NCBI GenBank assembly: GCA_965203515.1
Contig: OZ241907.1
Coordinates: forward strand, 2,464,001 to 2,528,000
DNA length: 64,000 nucleotides
Source: Spirochaetia bacterium
Lineage (GTDB): Bacteria > Spirochaetota > Spirochaetia > SZUA-6 > Bin103
Direction: 5' to 3'
The translations under genes were made by a program, and so were the position numbers. How positions within the stretch are numbered: the stretch's first letter is position 1; every line of letters begins with the position of its first letter. Of the stretch, positions 37,417 to 47,315 are shown piece by piece. The notes under the pieces are model-generated. The model ran no database searches. It was not told the origin of the DNA and saw only the letters and a list, made by a program, of their open reading frames with translations.

Positions 37417-37899
37417 ATGATCTACTCACGGGGTACCGCCTATCTGCTGTGGGCGCTCTGTCTGTTCGGCGTTTCAGGGATACATCGCTTCTACCTGGGA
37501 CGGATCGGCACCGGCATCCTGTGGCTCTGCACCTGGGGCCTGTTCGGGATCGGCAACATCATCGACCTGTTCACGATCCCCGGCATGGTCGACGCGGAGA
37601 CCGCGCGGCGCCTGCCGGGGCCGGTCCCGAACCGCCTTGCCCCTGCCCCGGCGGCGGCGACCGCCGACCCGATCGAGACCGTGATCCTGCGCGCGGCCAG
37701 GGCGCACGGCGGCGTGGTCACTCCGACCCAGGTCGCGGTGGGCGGCGAGTACGGCCTAGACGAGTCCAAGGCCTGTCTCGACGATCTGGTCTCCAGGGGG
37801 CACGCGGAGTTGCGGGTGCGCAAGAACGGCGGCATGGTCTACGTGTTCCCGGATCTGCTCACGCCGGAGGCGGAGGAGATGGTCGAGCCGCTCACCTGA
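37417..37899 (+). CDS. TM2-domain membrane protein
   Basis: AYLLW...FG..GIHRFYLG..GTGILWL.T.GLFGIG..IDLF.IP, followed by a soluble wHTH-like tail. Confidence 0.85.
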   Translation: MIYSRGTAYLLWALCLFGVSGIHRFYLGRIGTGILWLCTWGLFGIGNIIDLFTIPGMVDAETARRLPGPVPNRLAPAPAAATADPIETVILRAARAHGGVVTPTQVAVGGEYGLDESKACLDDLVSRGHAELRVRKNGGMVYVFPDLLTPEAEEMVEPLT

Positions 37900-37918
37900 A
37901 GCAGCGCTCACGGCTGCC

Positions 37919-39154
37919 ATGATGACCAATCAACCACCCCGTAGGATCATCCTACCGTTATCGTCCCGTACGACGACCATCCAACGACTCCGTCTCGACT
38001 CGTTCCTTTCATTCGCGCCCGGATCGGAGGCCATCGAACTCGAGCCGCTGAACGTCCTGATCGGCCCCAACGGAGCCGGCAAGTCGAACGTGATCGAAGC
38101 CGTGGAGCTGCTCCACGCGACTCCTGCCAACTTGGCGGCCGCGATTCGCGATGGCGGCGGTCCGCAAGAGTGGCTGTGGAAGGGACCAGGACCAGGGCGC
38201 CGGGCGGCCACGATCGACACCGTGTTGGATACCGACACGCCGACCGAACGGCCGCTGCGCTACCGCCTCGAGTTCACGGCCGTGGGAGGACGCGTCGAAG
38301 TGCTGGATGAGGCGATCGAGGAGACCGAACCTCAGCCGGGGAACGACGACGTCTACTTCTACTATCGTTTCCAACGCGGGAGACCAGCCGTCAACGTAAC
38401 GGACTTCTCCGGTGGCGATTTCACTCGGCATCTCCAGCGGGAAAAGCTCTTGCCGGATCAGTCAGTTCTGGCGCAGCGCAAGGATCCCGACGTGTATCCC
38501 GAGATCACCTGGCTCGGCGAGCGCTTCGGCGCCATGCGGACGTTCCGGGAATGGACGTTCGGCCGTTATACGCCGCTGCGACAGCCACAAAGGACGGATC
38601 ACCCCGAAGACCGACTGCTCGACGACGCGAGCAACCTGGCATTGGTGCTGAATCAGATCGAGCACCGGGACGGCCGCAGATTCGATGACGTGCTGGCGCG
38701 ATTCTTTCCCCGCTATGAACGGATGTCGACCCGCATTTCCGGCGGCACCGTCCAGTTCTATCTGCACGAAGCGGGTTTTCGCGCGCCGGTACCGGCGACG
38801 CGCCTGTCGGACGGCACGATCCGCTTCATCGCCATTCTGGCGGTTCTCCTGTCTCCGTCTCCGCCGCCGCTGGTATGCATCGAAGAACCGGAGCTCGGCC
38901 TGCACCCCGACGCGGTGGCGCTGTTCGCCGATCTCCTGGTCGAAGCATCCACGCGCATGCAACTGATCGTGACCACGCACTCGGATGCTCTGATCTCAGA
39001 ACTGACCGGCCAGCCGGAAGCCGTGATCGCCTGCGAGCGCCCCGGAGAAGGCACCGTGCTGCGCCGACTCGATCCTGAGCGTCTGCGCAGTTGGCTGGAC
39101 GACTATCGACTCGGCGACCTGTGGCGGATGGGCGAACTGGGCGCCAATCCGTGA
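37919..39154 (+). CDS. AAA_21/AAA_15 (ABC-type, COG4637-like) ATPase
   Basis: LIGPNGAGKSN, signature LSDGT, IEEPELGLHP, VTTHS. Start position uncertain. Confidence 0.9.
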   Translation: MMTNQPPRRIILPLSSRTTTIQRLRLDSFLSFAPGSEAIELEPLNVLIGPNGAGKSNVIEAVELLHATPANLAAAIRDGGGPQEWLWKGPGPGRRAATIDTVLDTDTPTERPLRYRLEFTAVGGRVEVLDEAIEETEPQPGNDDVYFYYRFQRGRPAVNVTDFSGGDFTRHLQREKLLPDQSVLAQRKDPDVYPEITWLGERFGAMRTFREWTFGRYTPLRQPQRTDHPEDRLLDDASNLALVLNQIEHRDGRRFDDVLARFFPRYERMSTRISGGTVQFYLHEAGFRAPVPATRLSDGTIRFIAILAVLLSPSPPPLVCIEEPELGLHPDAVALFADLLVEASTRMQLIVTTHSDALISELTGQPEAVIACERPGEGTVLRRLDPERLRSWLDDYRLGDLWRMGELGANP

Positions 39155-39771
39155 GCGGCATCACCATCTACCTGGAAGGCGGGGGAAAAGGTAAGGAATC
39201 CAAGGCTGCGCTACGACGAGGTATGGACGCATTTCTCGACCCGATCAAGCAACGGGCCAGAACGAAGCGGTGGCGTTGGAAGCTCGTCCCGTGGGGTAGC
39301 CGGCAGCAGACGTTCGAACGCTTTCGCGATGCGGTTACCCGGACCCAACCTGACGAGTTGGTAGTGCTGCTAGTGGATGCGGAAGAAGCGGTCGGCAACA
39401 ATACGCCGCGTGCGCATCTGAAAACGCGCGATAATTGGGACTTGGCATTCGCTGCCGACGATATGGTCCACCTCATGGTGCAGGTGATGGAGACCTGGAT
39501 CGTCGCTGACCCTGATACCTTGGCCAAGTGGTACGGATCGGACTTTCGTAAGAATGAACTGCCTCGGACCGCCAATCTCGAGACCATTTCCAAGGCGAGC
39601 GTTATGGACGCACTGAAACAAGCCACTCGGTCCACGCCGAAAGGCGCCTATCACAAGATACGTCATGCCAGCGACATCTTGCAGCGCATCGATCAACAGC
39701 AAGTCCGAGAGCGATGTCCGGCTTGCGGCCGACTCTTCGTAACGCTTGAGCGGTGGATCGATGCGGTTTGA
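39151..39771 (+). CDS. DUF4276 family (TOPRIM-like) protein
   Basis: IYLEGG, LLVDAE, MVQVMETWI.AD, YHKIRH; GTGA-coupled to the ATPase. Confidence 0.85.
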   Translation: MSGITIYLEGGGKGKESKAALRRGMDAFLDPIKQRARTKRWRWKLVPWGSRQQTFERFRDAVTRTQPDELVVLLVDAEEAVGNNTPRAHLKTRDNWDLAFAADDMVHLMVQVMETWIVADPDTLAKWYGSDFRKNELPRTANLETISKASVMDALKQATRSTPKGAYHKIRHASDILQRIDQQQVRERCPACGRLFVTLERWIDAV

Positions 39772-39789
39772 GCATCGACGCTGAGCGGT

Positions 39790-39977
39790 TCAGCGTTCCA
39801 GCAGGTCGGGGAGGGTGGCGTTCAGAGGCAGGGCGGATGCCGGCGGCAGAGGTAGTCGGGACGTGGAACAGCGGGTTGCCGAGGGACCACAGCTCGACGC
39901 TTTCCGCGATCTCCGCGCATCGGGTTCCACGGCATATCGTAGTTGATCAGCGCGCCGCCGAACCGGAAGTTGAGCCC
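39790..39977 (-). pseudogene. Decayed SNF2-family helicase C-terminal remnant
   Basis: My translation of the minus strand gives GLNFRFGGALINYDMPWNPMR (39977-39915; helicase motif V-VI region). A frame change then gives EIAESVELWSLGNPLF, and a second gives TLPDLLER-stop. Not present in the ORF track. Confidence 0.7.
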
Positions 39978-40270
39978 CTTGTTGGATCCCACATTAAGTC
40001 GTTAGCAAGGAAAGGCATCTGCTCAGATTGATCCGGTGACGGATCGTTACCGTATACTTCTGCGCGCCCGCTTACTCGTGCGCCGTCCCTGATCCGCGCG
40101 TGGTCCGACACTTCCGCATCTCCGAACACCTGCGCGTCCCGGCCCACGTACACGGTGTCCATAACCGTGGCGGTGTCCGCTATCCATCCGCCACCGTTTG
40201 AGTGCCGATGCGCATCGACATTCCCATTGCCATCGCCGAAGTCATGCTTCGAGGTTCCCGACTCACCCAT
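39947..40270 (-). pseudogene. Truncated hexapeptide-repeat (left-handed beta-helix) protein
   Basis: HRHSNGGGWIADTATV..TVYVG..AQVFGDAEVSDHARIRDGARVSGRAEVYGN; the repeats stop abruptly. Confidence 0.55.
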
Positions 40271-42336
40271 GTCAGCCTGATTGTTGCCGGATACGGGTCG
40301 AACCTGTCAACCGGCAGCCGAACCTGCATACTGGCGTCGCGCGCGTGCCAAGCGACGTATGGGCTGACGACGATGGTCCCGTTCCACCCGACCGCCACGA
40401 AGCGCCCGTTACCCCAGGCAACGTCGCGCAGCGTATCGAAGGTGGCGATCTCGGAGGCCGGCTCCCAGCGGTCGCCGTCGGCGCTGTACATGATGGTGCC
40501 GTCAAAGGAGCCCACTGCCACGAAGCGCCGGCCGTTCCAGGCGACCGCTTCGAAATGCTCATCCACCAAAAAGTCGTGGTCATTCGCCAGCTCCCAGCGG
40601 TCGCCGTCCCTGCTGTGCACGATCGGGCCTATGCGGTCGTCGCTCCCGCCCCATCCCACGGCGACGAAGCGCTCACCATTCCAGGCAACGCCGCTGAAGC
40701 CATAGTGGTATGTCGTCGGCTCATGAGGGTCGGCCGGTTGCGCGGCCCGAACCGGCACCGCAGGCCGGCTCGCCGGCCGCCAGTGAATGCCGTCGTCGCT
40801 GTGCACGATCACTCCGTGATAACCGACCGCTACAAAGCGCTCGCCACCCCAGACCACGTCGTTCAAAGGCTCCGAAGTGCCGCTGTCGACGACCGTCGTC
40901 CAGCGGTCGCCGTCGCTGCTGCGCACGATCGTTCCCCCGTGGCCAACGGCGATCAGATCCTGGCCGTTCCAGGCAATGGCGTTGAGGGTTCCTTCCAAAG
41001 GAAGCAGAAGCTCCTGCCAGCGGTCACCATCCGCGCTGGAGGCGATCGTGGCGCCAACGGCTACGAAACGGTCGCCGGCCCAGACGACGTCGTTAAGGCC
41101 GCGCAGGTCAGGGCCGTACCGGTTAGCGTCAGAGCTGACGCTCGCGTGCTGCCAACGCTGCCCATCGGCGCTATGCAGCACCATCGAGTCCGGCCAGCCT
41201 GCGACCGCCACGAACCGCTCGCCGCCCCAGGCGACGCCGACGAGTTCGGGCAGGAGAGCGCGGGAATCGCTTGCCTGCTCCCAATGGAGACCGTCGCCGC
41301 TGACCAGGATCGCGCCGCCCCGACCGACGGCTACGAAGCCGGCGCCGTTCCAGGCGATGCCGTCAAGACGATAGTCCCAGTCATCGGACATCCGCCAACT
41401 ACCTGCCGACCATACCCTGCTGGACGTTTCGATGGCTTCCCCTTTGACCTCTACCGTCGCCGTTTCCCAGCGGTCGCCGTCGCTGCTATGCAGGATACTG
41501 TCGCCGACCGCCACGAAGCGTTCGCCACTCCAAGCCACGTCGTCCAGCCGCTCCGGGGGCGGGAGAATACTGCGGCTCAGGTCCCAGCTCTTGCCATCGC
41601 TGCTGCGCAGGATGATACCCGCGCCAACCGCCACGAAGCGCTCGCCATTATAGACGACGTCGTGGAGCGTCGAGGTGCCGCCGTCTCGTGCCGTCTGCCA
41701 GTGTTCGCCGTCAGCGCTGTACACGATTACGCCATCACTCCCGACCGCTACGAAGCGGCCGCCTCCCCACGCAATGCCGTACAGGCTGGCGCGCGTAGTC
41801 CGCTGTCGTACCCGCTGCCAACGCAGGCCGTCGCGGCTCTGCGCGATGGCGCCGTCGATACCTGCCGCGACGAAGCGATCGTTGCCCCAGGCAACGCCGT
41901 TGAAGAGGCCCCGCATATTGGGGATGCGTGACCTCTCCCAGATATCGCCGTCGGTGCTGCTTACGATCGTATAGTGACCGACTGCAACGAAACGCCCGCC
42001 TCCCCAAATGACTTCGTTGAACCACGCGTGGTCGCAGCAACGTGCCGCGGACCAGTTGTTTCCGTCGCTGCTGCGCAGGATCGTCCCCTCTTCTCCGACC
42101 GCGACAAAGAGCTCGCCGCTCGCGGCAACGCTCTCCAGGCTCAGTCCGGTCTTTCCGCTGGAAGAGGTCAAGCCACCGCCGCCGCGCACCAACCGCCATA
42201 CCGCTCCTGCGGCATCGTCGGGCGGCAGCTCCGCGCGCTGCGCCAGCGCCGGCGCCCACGGGATGAGCAGCAGCACGAGCATCCCGACCCCAATCCTTGC
42301 CCGACCGCTGCCCGGCTGGGGTGATGCGTGTGTCAT
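40180..42336 (-). CDS. Secreted beta-propeller repeat protein (14 Asp-box-like repeats)
   Basis: Signal peptide ending ALA-Q; 14 copies of LxxVAWxGxRFVAVGxxGxIxxSxDGxxW. Confidence 0.8.
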   Translation of the reverse strand: MTHASPQPGSGRARIGVGMLVLLLIPWAPALAQRAELPPDDAAGAVWRLVRGGGGLTSSSGKTGLSLESVAASGELFVAVGEEGTILRSSDGNNWSAARCCDHAWFNEVIWGGGRFVAVGHYTIVSSTDGDIWERSRIPNMRGLFNGVAWGNDRFVAAGIDGAIAQSRDGLRWQRVRQRTTRASLYGIAWGGGRFVAVGSDGVIVYSADGEHWQTARDGGTSTLHDVVYNGERFVAVGAGIILRSSDGKSWDLSRSILPPPERLDDVAWSGERFVAVGDSILHSSDGDRWETATVEVKGEAIETSSRVWSAGSWRMSDDWDYRLDGIAWNGAGFVAVGRGGAILVSGDGLHWEQASDSRALLPELVGVAWGGERFVAVAGWPDSMVLHSADGQRWQHASVSSDANRYGPDLRGLNDVVWAGDRFVAVGATIASSADGDRWQELLLPLEGTLNAIAWNGQDLIAVGHGGTIVRSSDGDRWTTVVDSGTSEPLNDVVWGGERFVAVGYHGVIVHSDDGIHWRPASRPAVPVRAAQPADPHEPTTYHYGFSGVAWNGERFVAVGWGGSDDRIGPIVHSRDGDRWELANDHDFLVDEHFEAVAWNGRRFVAVGSFDGTIMYSADGDRWEPASEIATFDTLRDVAWGNGRFVAVGWNGTIVVSPYVAWHARDASMQVRLPVDRFDPYPATIRLTWVSREPRSMTSAMAMGMSMRIGTQTVADG

Positions 42337-42479
42337 GGCCTACATGGTAACCGGTGGTCCCCAGTACGCGCCACCGTACGCCGCGCAGGCGCGCCGCGTC
42401 ACTACGCCCCTCCGCGTCAGCCGCCGTACGAGGAGGGGGGCCTGCGTTCGAGTGGAGCTTGATTGAGGCATGCGGCGGG

Positions 42480-42509
42480 TTGACACCGCGGCGTCCCCGG
42501 CGCTACCCT
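42480..42509 (+). promoter_or_regulatory. sigma70 promoter TTGACA-18-TACCCT, leaderless alaS
   Basis: The -10 hexamer ends 5 nt before the ATG at 42515; no Shine-Dalgarno. Confidence 0.6.
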
Positions 42510-42514
42510 CGGCT

Positions 42515-44308
42515 ATGAAGGTCAACGAGCTCCGCGACGCCTATCTGGAATACTTCGTGTCCAGGGGCCACGCGCTCATTCCCAACCACTCGCTGATCCC
42601 GGAGAACGACCCCACGGCGTTGTTCGTGATGGCCGGCGTGCACCCGCTGGTCCCGTACGTGCTGGGCGCTCCGCACCCTTCGGGACGGCGGCTGGTCAAC
42701 GTGCAGAAGTGCATCCGCACGATCGACATCGATCTGGTCGGCGACCAGTCGCACCTGACGCTGATCGAGATGCTGGGCAACTGGTCGCTCGGCGACTACT
42801 TCAAGCAAGGCGCGATCGAGCTGAGCCATGAGTTCCTCACCGACAGCCGCTGGCTGGGCTTTCCGGTCGAGCACCTGCACGTGACCTGCTTCGCCGGCAA
42901 CGACACGGTACCCCGCGACGACGAGGCGGCGTCCGCCTGGCGATCGCTCGGCATCGCCGAGGATCACATCCACTTCCTCAAGGACGACAATTGGTGGGGA
43001 CCGGCCGGCCGGACCGGTCCGTGCGGCCCGACCACGGAGATGTACGTCGATCTGCATCCCGACGCCGGCGACGACGGCCGTACGCCGGGCAACGGCGACC
43101 GCCACTTGGAGATATGGAACGACGTCTTCATGCAGTACGACAAGACGCGCGAAGGCCGCTTCGTGCCCCTGCAGCAGCAGTGCGTGGACACCGGCATGGG
43201 CGTGGAGCGCACCGCCGCGGTCCTGCAGGGGGCGGCCAGCGTGTACGACGTCGACGTCCTCTCCCCGGTCGTCGCCACCGCCGTCGACCAGGCCGGCGGC
43301 GCCTACGGAGCGGATGGCGAGCGCGACCGGTCGATCCGCATTCTGGTCGATCACGTGCGCGCCGCCGTGTTCATGCTCGGCGACGAGGCCGGCATCACCC
43401 CCTCCAATCTCGGCCAGGGCTACGTGTTGCGCCGGCTCATTCGCCGCGCCATCCGCCACGGGCGCAAGCTCGACATTCCCGGAGAGATGCTGCGCGCCAC
43501 CGCCGAAAGCGTCATCGACCGGTATGGTGACGCCTACCCGCAGCTCGCCGAACGCGGGGATACGATCCTGAGCGAGCTGTCACGGGAGGAGGGCCGCTTC
43601 TCCACCGCGCTGGCCAGGGGCGAGGCGGAGCTGCAGAAGGCGCTGCCGCGCCTGCTGGACCGCGCCGACCGGGTGGTCCCGGGCGACTTCGCCTTCCGCC
43701 TGTACGACACGTTCGGGTTCCCGCTGGAGATCACCGCGGAGTTGGCCGGCGAGCACGGTCTGACCGTGGATCGTCCGGCATTCGACCGGGAGTACGCCGA
43801 GCACCAGAAGCGATCCAAGACCGGCGCGGACAAGACCTTCAAGGGCGGGCTGGCCGACGCCAGCGAATCGGTGCAACGGCTGCACACCGCCACGCACCTG
43901 CTGCATCAGGCGCTGCGTGACGAGTTGGGAACGCACGTGCAGCAGAAGGGGAGCAACATCACCGCCGAACGGCTGCGGTTCGACTTCTCGCACGGCAAGC
44001 CGATGTCCCCGGAAGAGATCGAGCGGGTGCAGGCCGTCGTCAACGACCGCATCGGCGAAGATCTGCCGGTCAGCGTGCAGGTGATGAAGCTGCATGACGC
44101 CCTGGACGGCGGGGCCATCGCCCTGTTCGGGGAGAAGTATCAGGAGGACGTGAAGGTCTATTCGATCGGCAGCTATTCCCAGGAGGTGTGCGGCGGCCCG
44201 CACGTCCGGCGCACCGGCGAGCTGGGCCGGTTCCGCATCGTCAAGGAGCAGTCGTCATCGGCCGGGGTGCGGCGTATCCGCGCCGTGTTGGAGCCCGCGG
44301 CCTCGTAG
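42515..44308 (+). CDS. alaS: Alanine--tRNA ligase (short form, no C-Ala domain)
   Basis: DPTALF..AG, QKCIRT, EMLGNWS.GDYFK, GPCGP, EIWN.VFMQY, DTGMG.ER, editing motifs HTATHLL and CGGPH; ends at GVRRIRA. Confidence 0.96.
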   Translation: MKVNELRDAYLEYFVSRGHALIPNHSLIPENDPTALFVMAGVHPLVPYVLGAPHPSGRRLVNVQKCIRTIDIDLVGDQSHLTLIEMLGNWSLGDYFKQGAIELSHEFLTDSRWLGFPVEHLHVTCFAGNDTVPRDDEAASAWRSLGIAEDHIHFLKDDNWWGPAGRTGPCGPTTEMYVDLHPDAGDDGRTPGNGDRHLEIWNDVFMQYDKTREGRFVPLQQQCVDTGMGVERTAAVLQGAASVYDVDVLSPVVATAVDQAGGAYGADGERDRSIRILVDHVRAAVFMLGDEAGITPSNLGQGYVLRRLIRRAIRHGRKLDIPGEMLRATAESVIDRYGDAYPQLAERGDTILSELSREEGRFSTALARGEAELQKALPRLLDRADRVVPGDFAFRLYDTFGFPLEITAELAGEHGLTVDRPAFDREYAEHQKRSKTGADKTFKGGLADASESVQRLHTATHLLHQALRDELGTHVQQKGSNITAERLRFDFSHGKPMSPEEIERVQAVVNDRIGEDLPVSVQVMKLHDALDGGAIALFGEKYQEDVKVYSIGSYSQEVCGGPHVRRTGELGRFRIVKEQSSSAGVRRIRAVLEPAAS

Positions 44309-44367
44309 CCGCCGGCCGCCGCTACCCGGCGACTCGGGGTACCCGACGCGCCTGCCGGCACCGTCGG

Positions 44368-44973
44368 TCAGCCCACGCGGCCCTTCGTGGAGCGCGGTTC
44401 CCACCCCGGAGCCGCCCGGAACGCCTGCCCCAGTGCGCGGCCCAACGCCTTGCACAGCGCTTCGGCCATGTGATGGGAGTTGTCGCCGTAGCGGACCGCG
44501 GCGTGGACGTTGATACGGGCCCGCCCGGCCAGCGCGGTGAAGAACTCGCGCAACAGCCACACGTCGAAGTCGCCGGCCCGGTCCTGCGGGAAGGAGGCGT
44601 CGAACCGGCAGTAGCCGCGCCCGCCGGCGTCGACGGTCACCTCGGCCAGGGCGTCGTCCATGGGGATCACGGCGTGCCCGAAGCGAGCCAGCGGGCAGCC
44701 CTGCTGCATCGCCCGAAAGAGACATTCGCCCACTACGATGCCGACGTCCTCCACCACGTGGTGGGCATCGACCTCCAGATCGCCCGACGCTGAAACCTGC
44801 AGGCCGATCCCGCCGTGAAACCCCATCGCGTGCAGCATGTGGTCGAAGAACGGCACGCCGGTGGAGACCTCGACGACCGGCGCGCTGCCGCCGTCGGCGG
44901 GGTCGAGGTCCAGCCGCACCGCGACCTCCGTCTCCCTGGTCTTGCGCTCGAACGAAGTCTGCCGGCCTGCCAT
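44368..44973 (-). CDS. hisB: Imidazoleglycerol-phosphate dehydratase
   Basis: RKTRET, FFDHML, GDLEVDAHHVVEDVGI, PMDDAL, NSHHMAEA, STKG. Confidence 0.95.
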   Translation of the reverse strand: MAGRQTSFERKTRETEVAVRLDLDPADGGSAPVVEVSTGVPFFDHMLHAMGFHGGIGLQVSASGDLEVDAHHVVEDVGIVVGECLFRAMQQGCPLARFGHAVIPMDDALAEVTVDAGGRGYCRFDASFPQDRAGDFDVWLLREFFTALAGRARINVHAAVRYGDNSHHMAEALCKALGRALGQAFRAAPGWEPRSTKGRVG

Positions 44974-45028
44974 CGGATGGATACTCATGCCCCCGGTGTG
45001 GGAGAGTAGCGGGTATGGAGTCGGACTC

Positions 45029-45538
45029 TCACCAGTGGTCGTAGGAGACGATCTGCCGGAGCGGCTTGCGCCGCTGCTGCGGCGTCGCCCCGGCGCAGAA
45101 GCCCAGCGCCAGCAGCAGCACCACTCGCATGCGATGCGGTACGAACAGCAGGTCTTTGACATCCTGCTCGTCGAACGACGTGACGAAGCAGCTCTGCAGC
45201 CCCTCGGCCTCGGCCTGCAGGGCCATGAACGCCGCCGCCATCGCCAAGTCGATCGGATACGAGTACTGCCCGTTTGGCATCAGGTAATCGATGTTCGTGG
45301 TGCATGCGGCGATGATGACCGGGGCCGTTCCGACGTTCTGCTCACGAAACGCCGCCTCGGCGACCTTGTCGCGCAGGTCGGCCTTGCGTATGACGATGAA
45401 CCGCCACTCCTGCCGGTTCTTCGCCGACGGCGCCAGACGGCCCGCTTCGACGATCCGGTCGAGCTTGTCCGGGTCGATCGGCCGACCGTCGAAGCGCAGA
45501 CAACTGCGCCGTTCCGCTATCTCCGGGAGCAGCGCCAT
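45029..45538 (-). CDS. Nitroreductase family protein
   Basis: I.ERRS..RF, AGRLAPSAKNRQEW.F, ID.AMA. Confidence 0.9.
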   Translation of the reverse strand: MALLPEIAERRSCLRFDGRPIDPDKLDRIVEAGRLAPSAKNRQEWRFIVIRKADLRDKVAEAAFREQNVGTAPVIIAACTTNIDYLMPNGQYSYPIDLAMAAAFMALQAEAEGLQSCFVTSFDEQDVKDLLFVPHRMRVVLLLALGFCAGATPQQRRKPLRQIVSYDHW

Positions 45539-45569
45539 ATCGTTACACCATAGCCGCCGCCGGCCGGCA

Positions 45570-47315
45570 ATGCAAACTCGCCCGCGGCCGCCGGCGGTAC
45601 TCTGCATCATCGCAGCCGTCGCGGCCGCGTCGACCGCGGCCGGCCAAGCGGTCGCGCCGTCCGCGGACTTGGCCGCGATCGAGACGATGGCGCCGCGGCC
45701 GGCCGGTTCCGCCGCCGAGATCAAGGTCATGCGGTACGTCGAAGCCCGCCTGCAGGCCCTGGCGGTGCCGCACGCGGTCCATCCGTCCGGCGCCGTCGTC
45801 GCGTCGGTGCCCGGCCGATACGATCAGACCCTCGCGCTGGTCGTGCCGCTCGATCATGCGCCGCACGCCGTTCCCGGCCGCGACGGCTCGACGGCGATCG
45901 CCGCGGCGCTGCACGTGGTGGAGCGCGCCGCCCGGAACCGGTTGCCGCTGTCGCTGCAGGCGGTATTCGTGAGCGGCGACCACAGAGCGCGCGACCGCGC
46001 CGCGCCCGCCAGCACCGTGCTGGCGGCCGGCAGCGCCGCGTTGGCGGCCAGCGGCAGCCTGCACGAGGCGGCCGTGGTCGTCTACCTGAACCTGCAAGCG
46101 ATTCCCGACCGCCTGGTGCTGCGTACCGACGGGCTTGCCGTGCAGACGCCGCGCTGGCTGCTGGAGGCTGCGGCGGACGCGATCGACCACACCGGCCTGC
46201 CGTTCACGGCCCGCAGCACCGCCAACCAGCTCGCCAGGATCGGGCTGCCGCTGCAGCCGTCCATGGCCGATCCGTACCTGGCATCGGGCTACCCGGCGAT
46301 CGAGCTTGCCGGCCGCTACTCCGGCGCCCGCACCGCGGCGGTCGACGCTTGGGTCGAGGACTTCGCGGCCGTCATCGAGGCTCTGCATCCGCGGGTAGCC
46401 AGCGCGTCCGGCGACGAATGGGAGCGTCACTACCTGTTCGTGAGGATAGGCGAGCTGCGCCTGACGCTGGATGAGATCGGCGTGATCGCGTCGGTAGCTA
46501 CCGCGCTGGCGCTGGCGCTGGCGCTGGCCGTGCTGGTGCCGCGGCGCCTGCATCCCTATCGGCGTCTGCTCCTGCGCCATGCGTGGCTGCTGCCGATCGC
46601 CGCCGTCGCCGTGTACGCGGCGCTTACGACCGCCACCGCACTGCTGGCGGCGCTGCTGGCCGTACGCGATCTCCCTTCGCTATGGCAGCGGCTTCCCGGT
46701 CCGGCTCTGGCCTTCAAAGGGACGACGGCGCTGCTCTTGGTCATGGTGGCGGCAAAGATGCTGGCGCAGGGGGCGGCGGCGTGGCGCACCCACACCCTGC
46801 ACGGCAGCGATCGAGCGCCGGAACCGGATCCGGACCCGGCGCAGCGCCGCCGTCCGGAGGCAGGCGCCCTGTCGGCCGGGGCGGCGGCGCTGCTGCCGGC
46901 GATGGTCGCCGCGGTCACGGCGATCGATCCGACGGCGAGCCTGCCGTTCATCTGCGCCTACGCGGGCGCCTTGCTGTTCTGCCTGGCGCGCCTGCGCGCC
47001 GCCAAGGTCATCTGGCTGGCCGTGTCGGTCGCCGCTCCGGCCGCCGCGGTCGCCGATCTGATCGGCGCCGGCGCCGACGGACTGCTGGAGTCGCTGCTGG
47101 TGTCGTCCATGACCGGCAACGCGCTCCTCACGTTGGCGCTCCTGCCCTTCGTGCTGATGGCGCTTCGCCTTACGCTGAGGCCATCCGAGCCGCTTGCCGC
47201 GTGGGGAGCCCGCCGCCGTCTGCGGCGGTCGATCCTGACGATGGCTCTCATCAGCACGGCCGCAGGCTTGACGCTCGTTGCCTTTCCGTCCGAAGCGCTC
47301 GCCGCTCACCCCTGA
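45570..47315 (+). CDS. Membrane protein with a degenerate M28 peptidase-like domain and multiple C-terminal TM helices
   Basis: PRPAGSAAE..., VVPLD, hydrophobic C-terminal half; canonical Zn ligands appear to be missing. Confidence 0.55.
   Translation: MQTRPRPPAVLCIIAAVAAASTAAGQAVAPSADLAAIETMAPRPAGSAAEIKVMRYVEARLQALAVPHAVHPSGAVVASVPGRYDQTLALVVPLDHAPHAVPGRDGSTAIAAALHVVERAARNRLPLSLQAVFVSGDHRARDRAAPASTVLAAGSAALAASGSLHEAAVVVYLNLQAIPDRLVLRTDGLAVQTPRWLLEAAADAIDHTGLPFTARSTANQLARIGLPLQPSMADPYLASGYPAIELAGRYSGARTAAVDAWVEDFAAVIEALHPRVASASGDEWERHYLFVRIGELRLTLDEIGVIASVATALALALALAVLVPRRLHPYRRLLLRHAWLLPIAAVAVYAALTTATALLAALLAVRDLPSLWQRLPGPALAFKGTTALLLVMVAAKMLAQGAAAWRTHTLHGSDRAPEPDPDPAQRRRPEAGALSAGAAALLPAMVAAVTAIDPTASLPFICAYAGALLFCLARLRAAKVIWLAVSVAAPAAAVADLIGAGADGLLESLLVSSMTGNALLTLALLPFVLMALRLTLRPSEPLAAWGARRRLRRSILTMALISTAAGLTLVAFPSEALAAHP

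Noticed and set aside
42337..42479. T-box or riboswitch upstream of alaS
   Set aside because: No T-box motif or terminator; a promoter directly abuts the ATG.
42515..44308. Short AlaRS as a pseudogene or novelty
   Set aside because: Catalytic and editing motifs are intact; C-Ala-less AlaRS of about 600 aa is known in spirochaetes.
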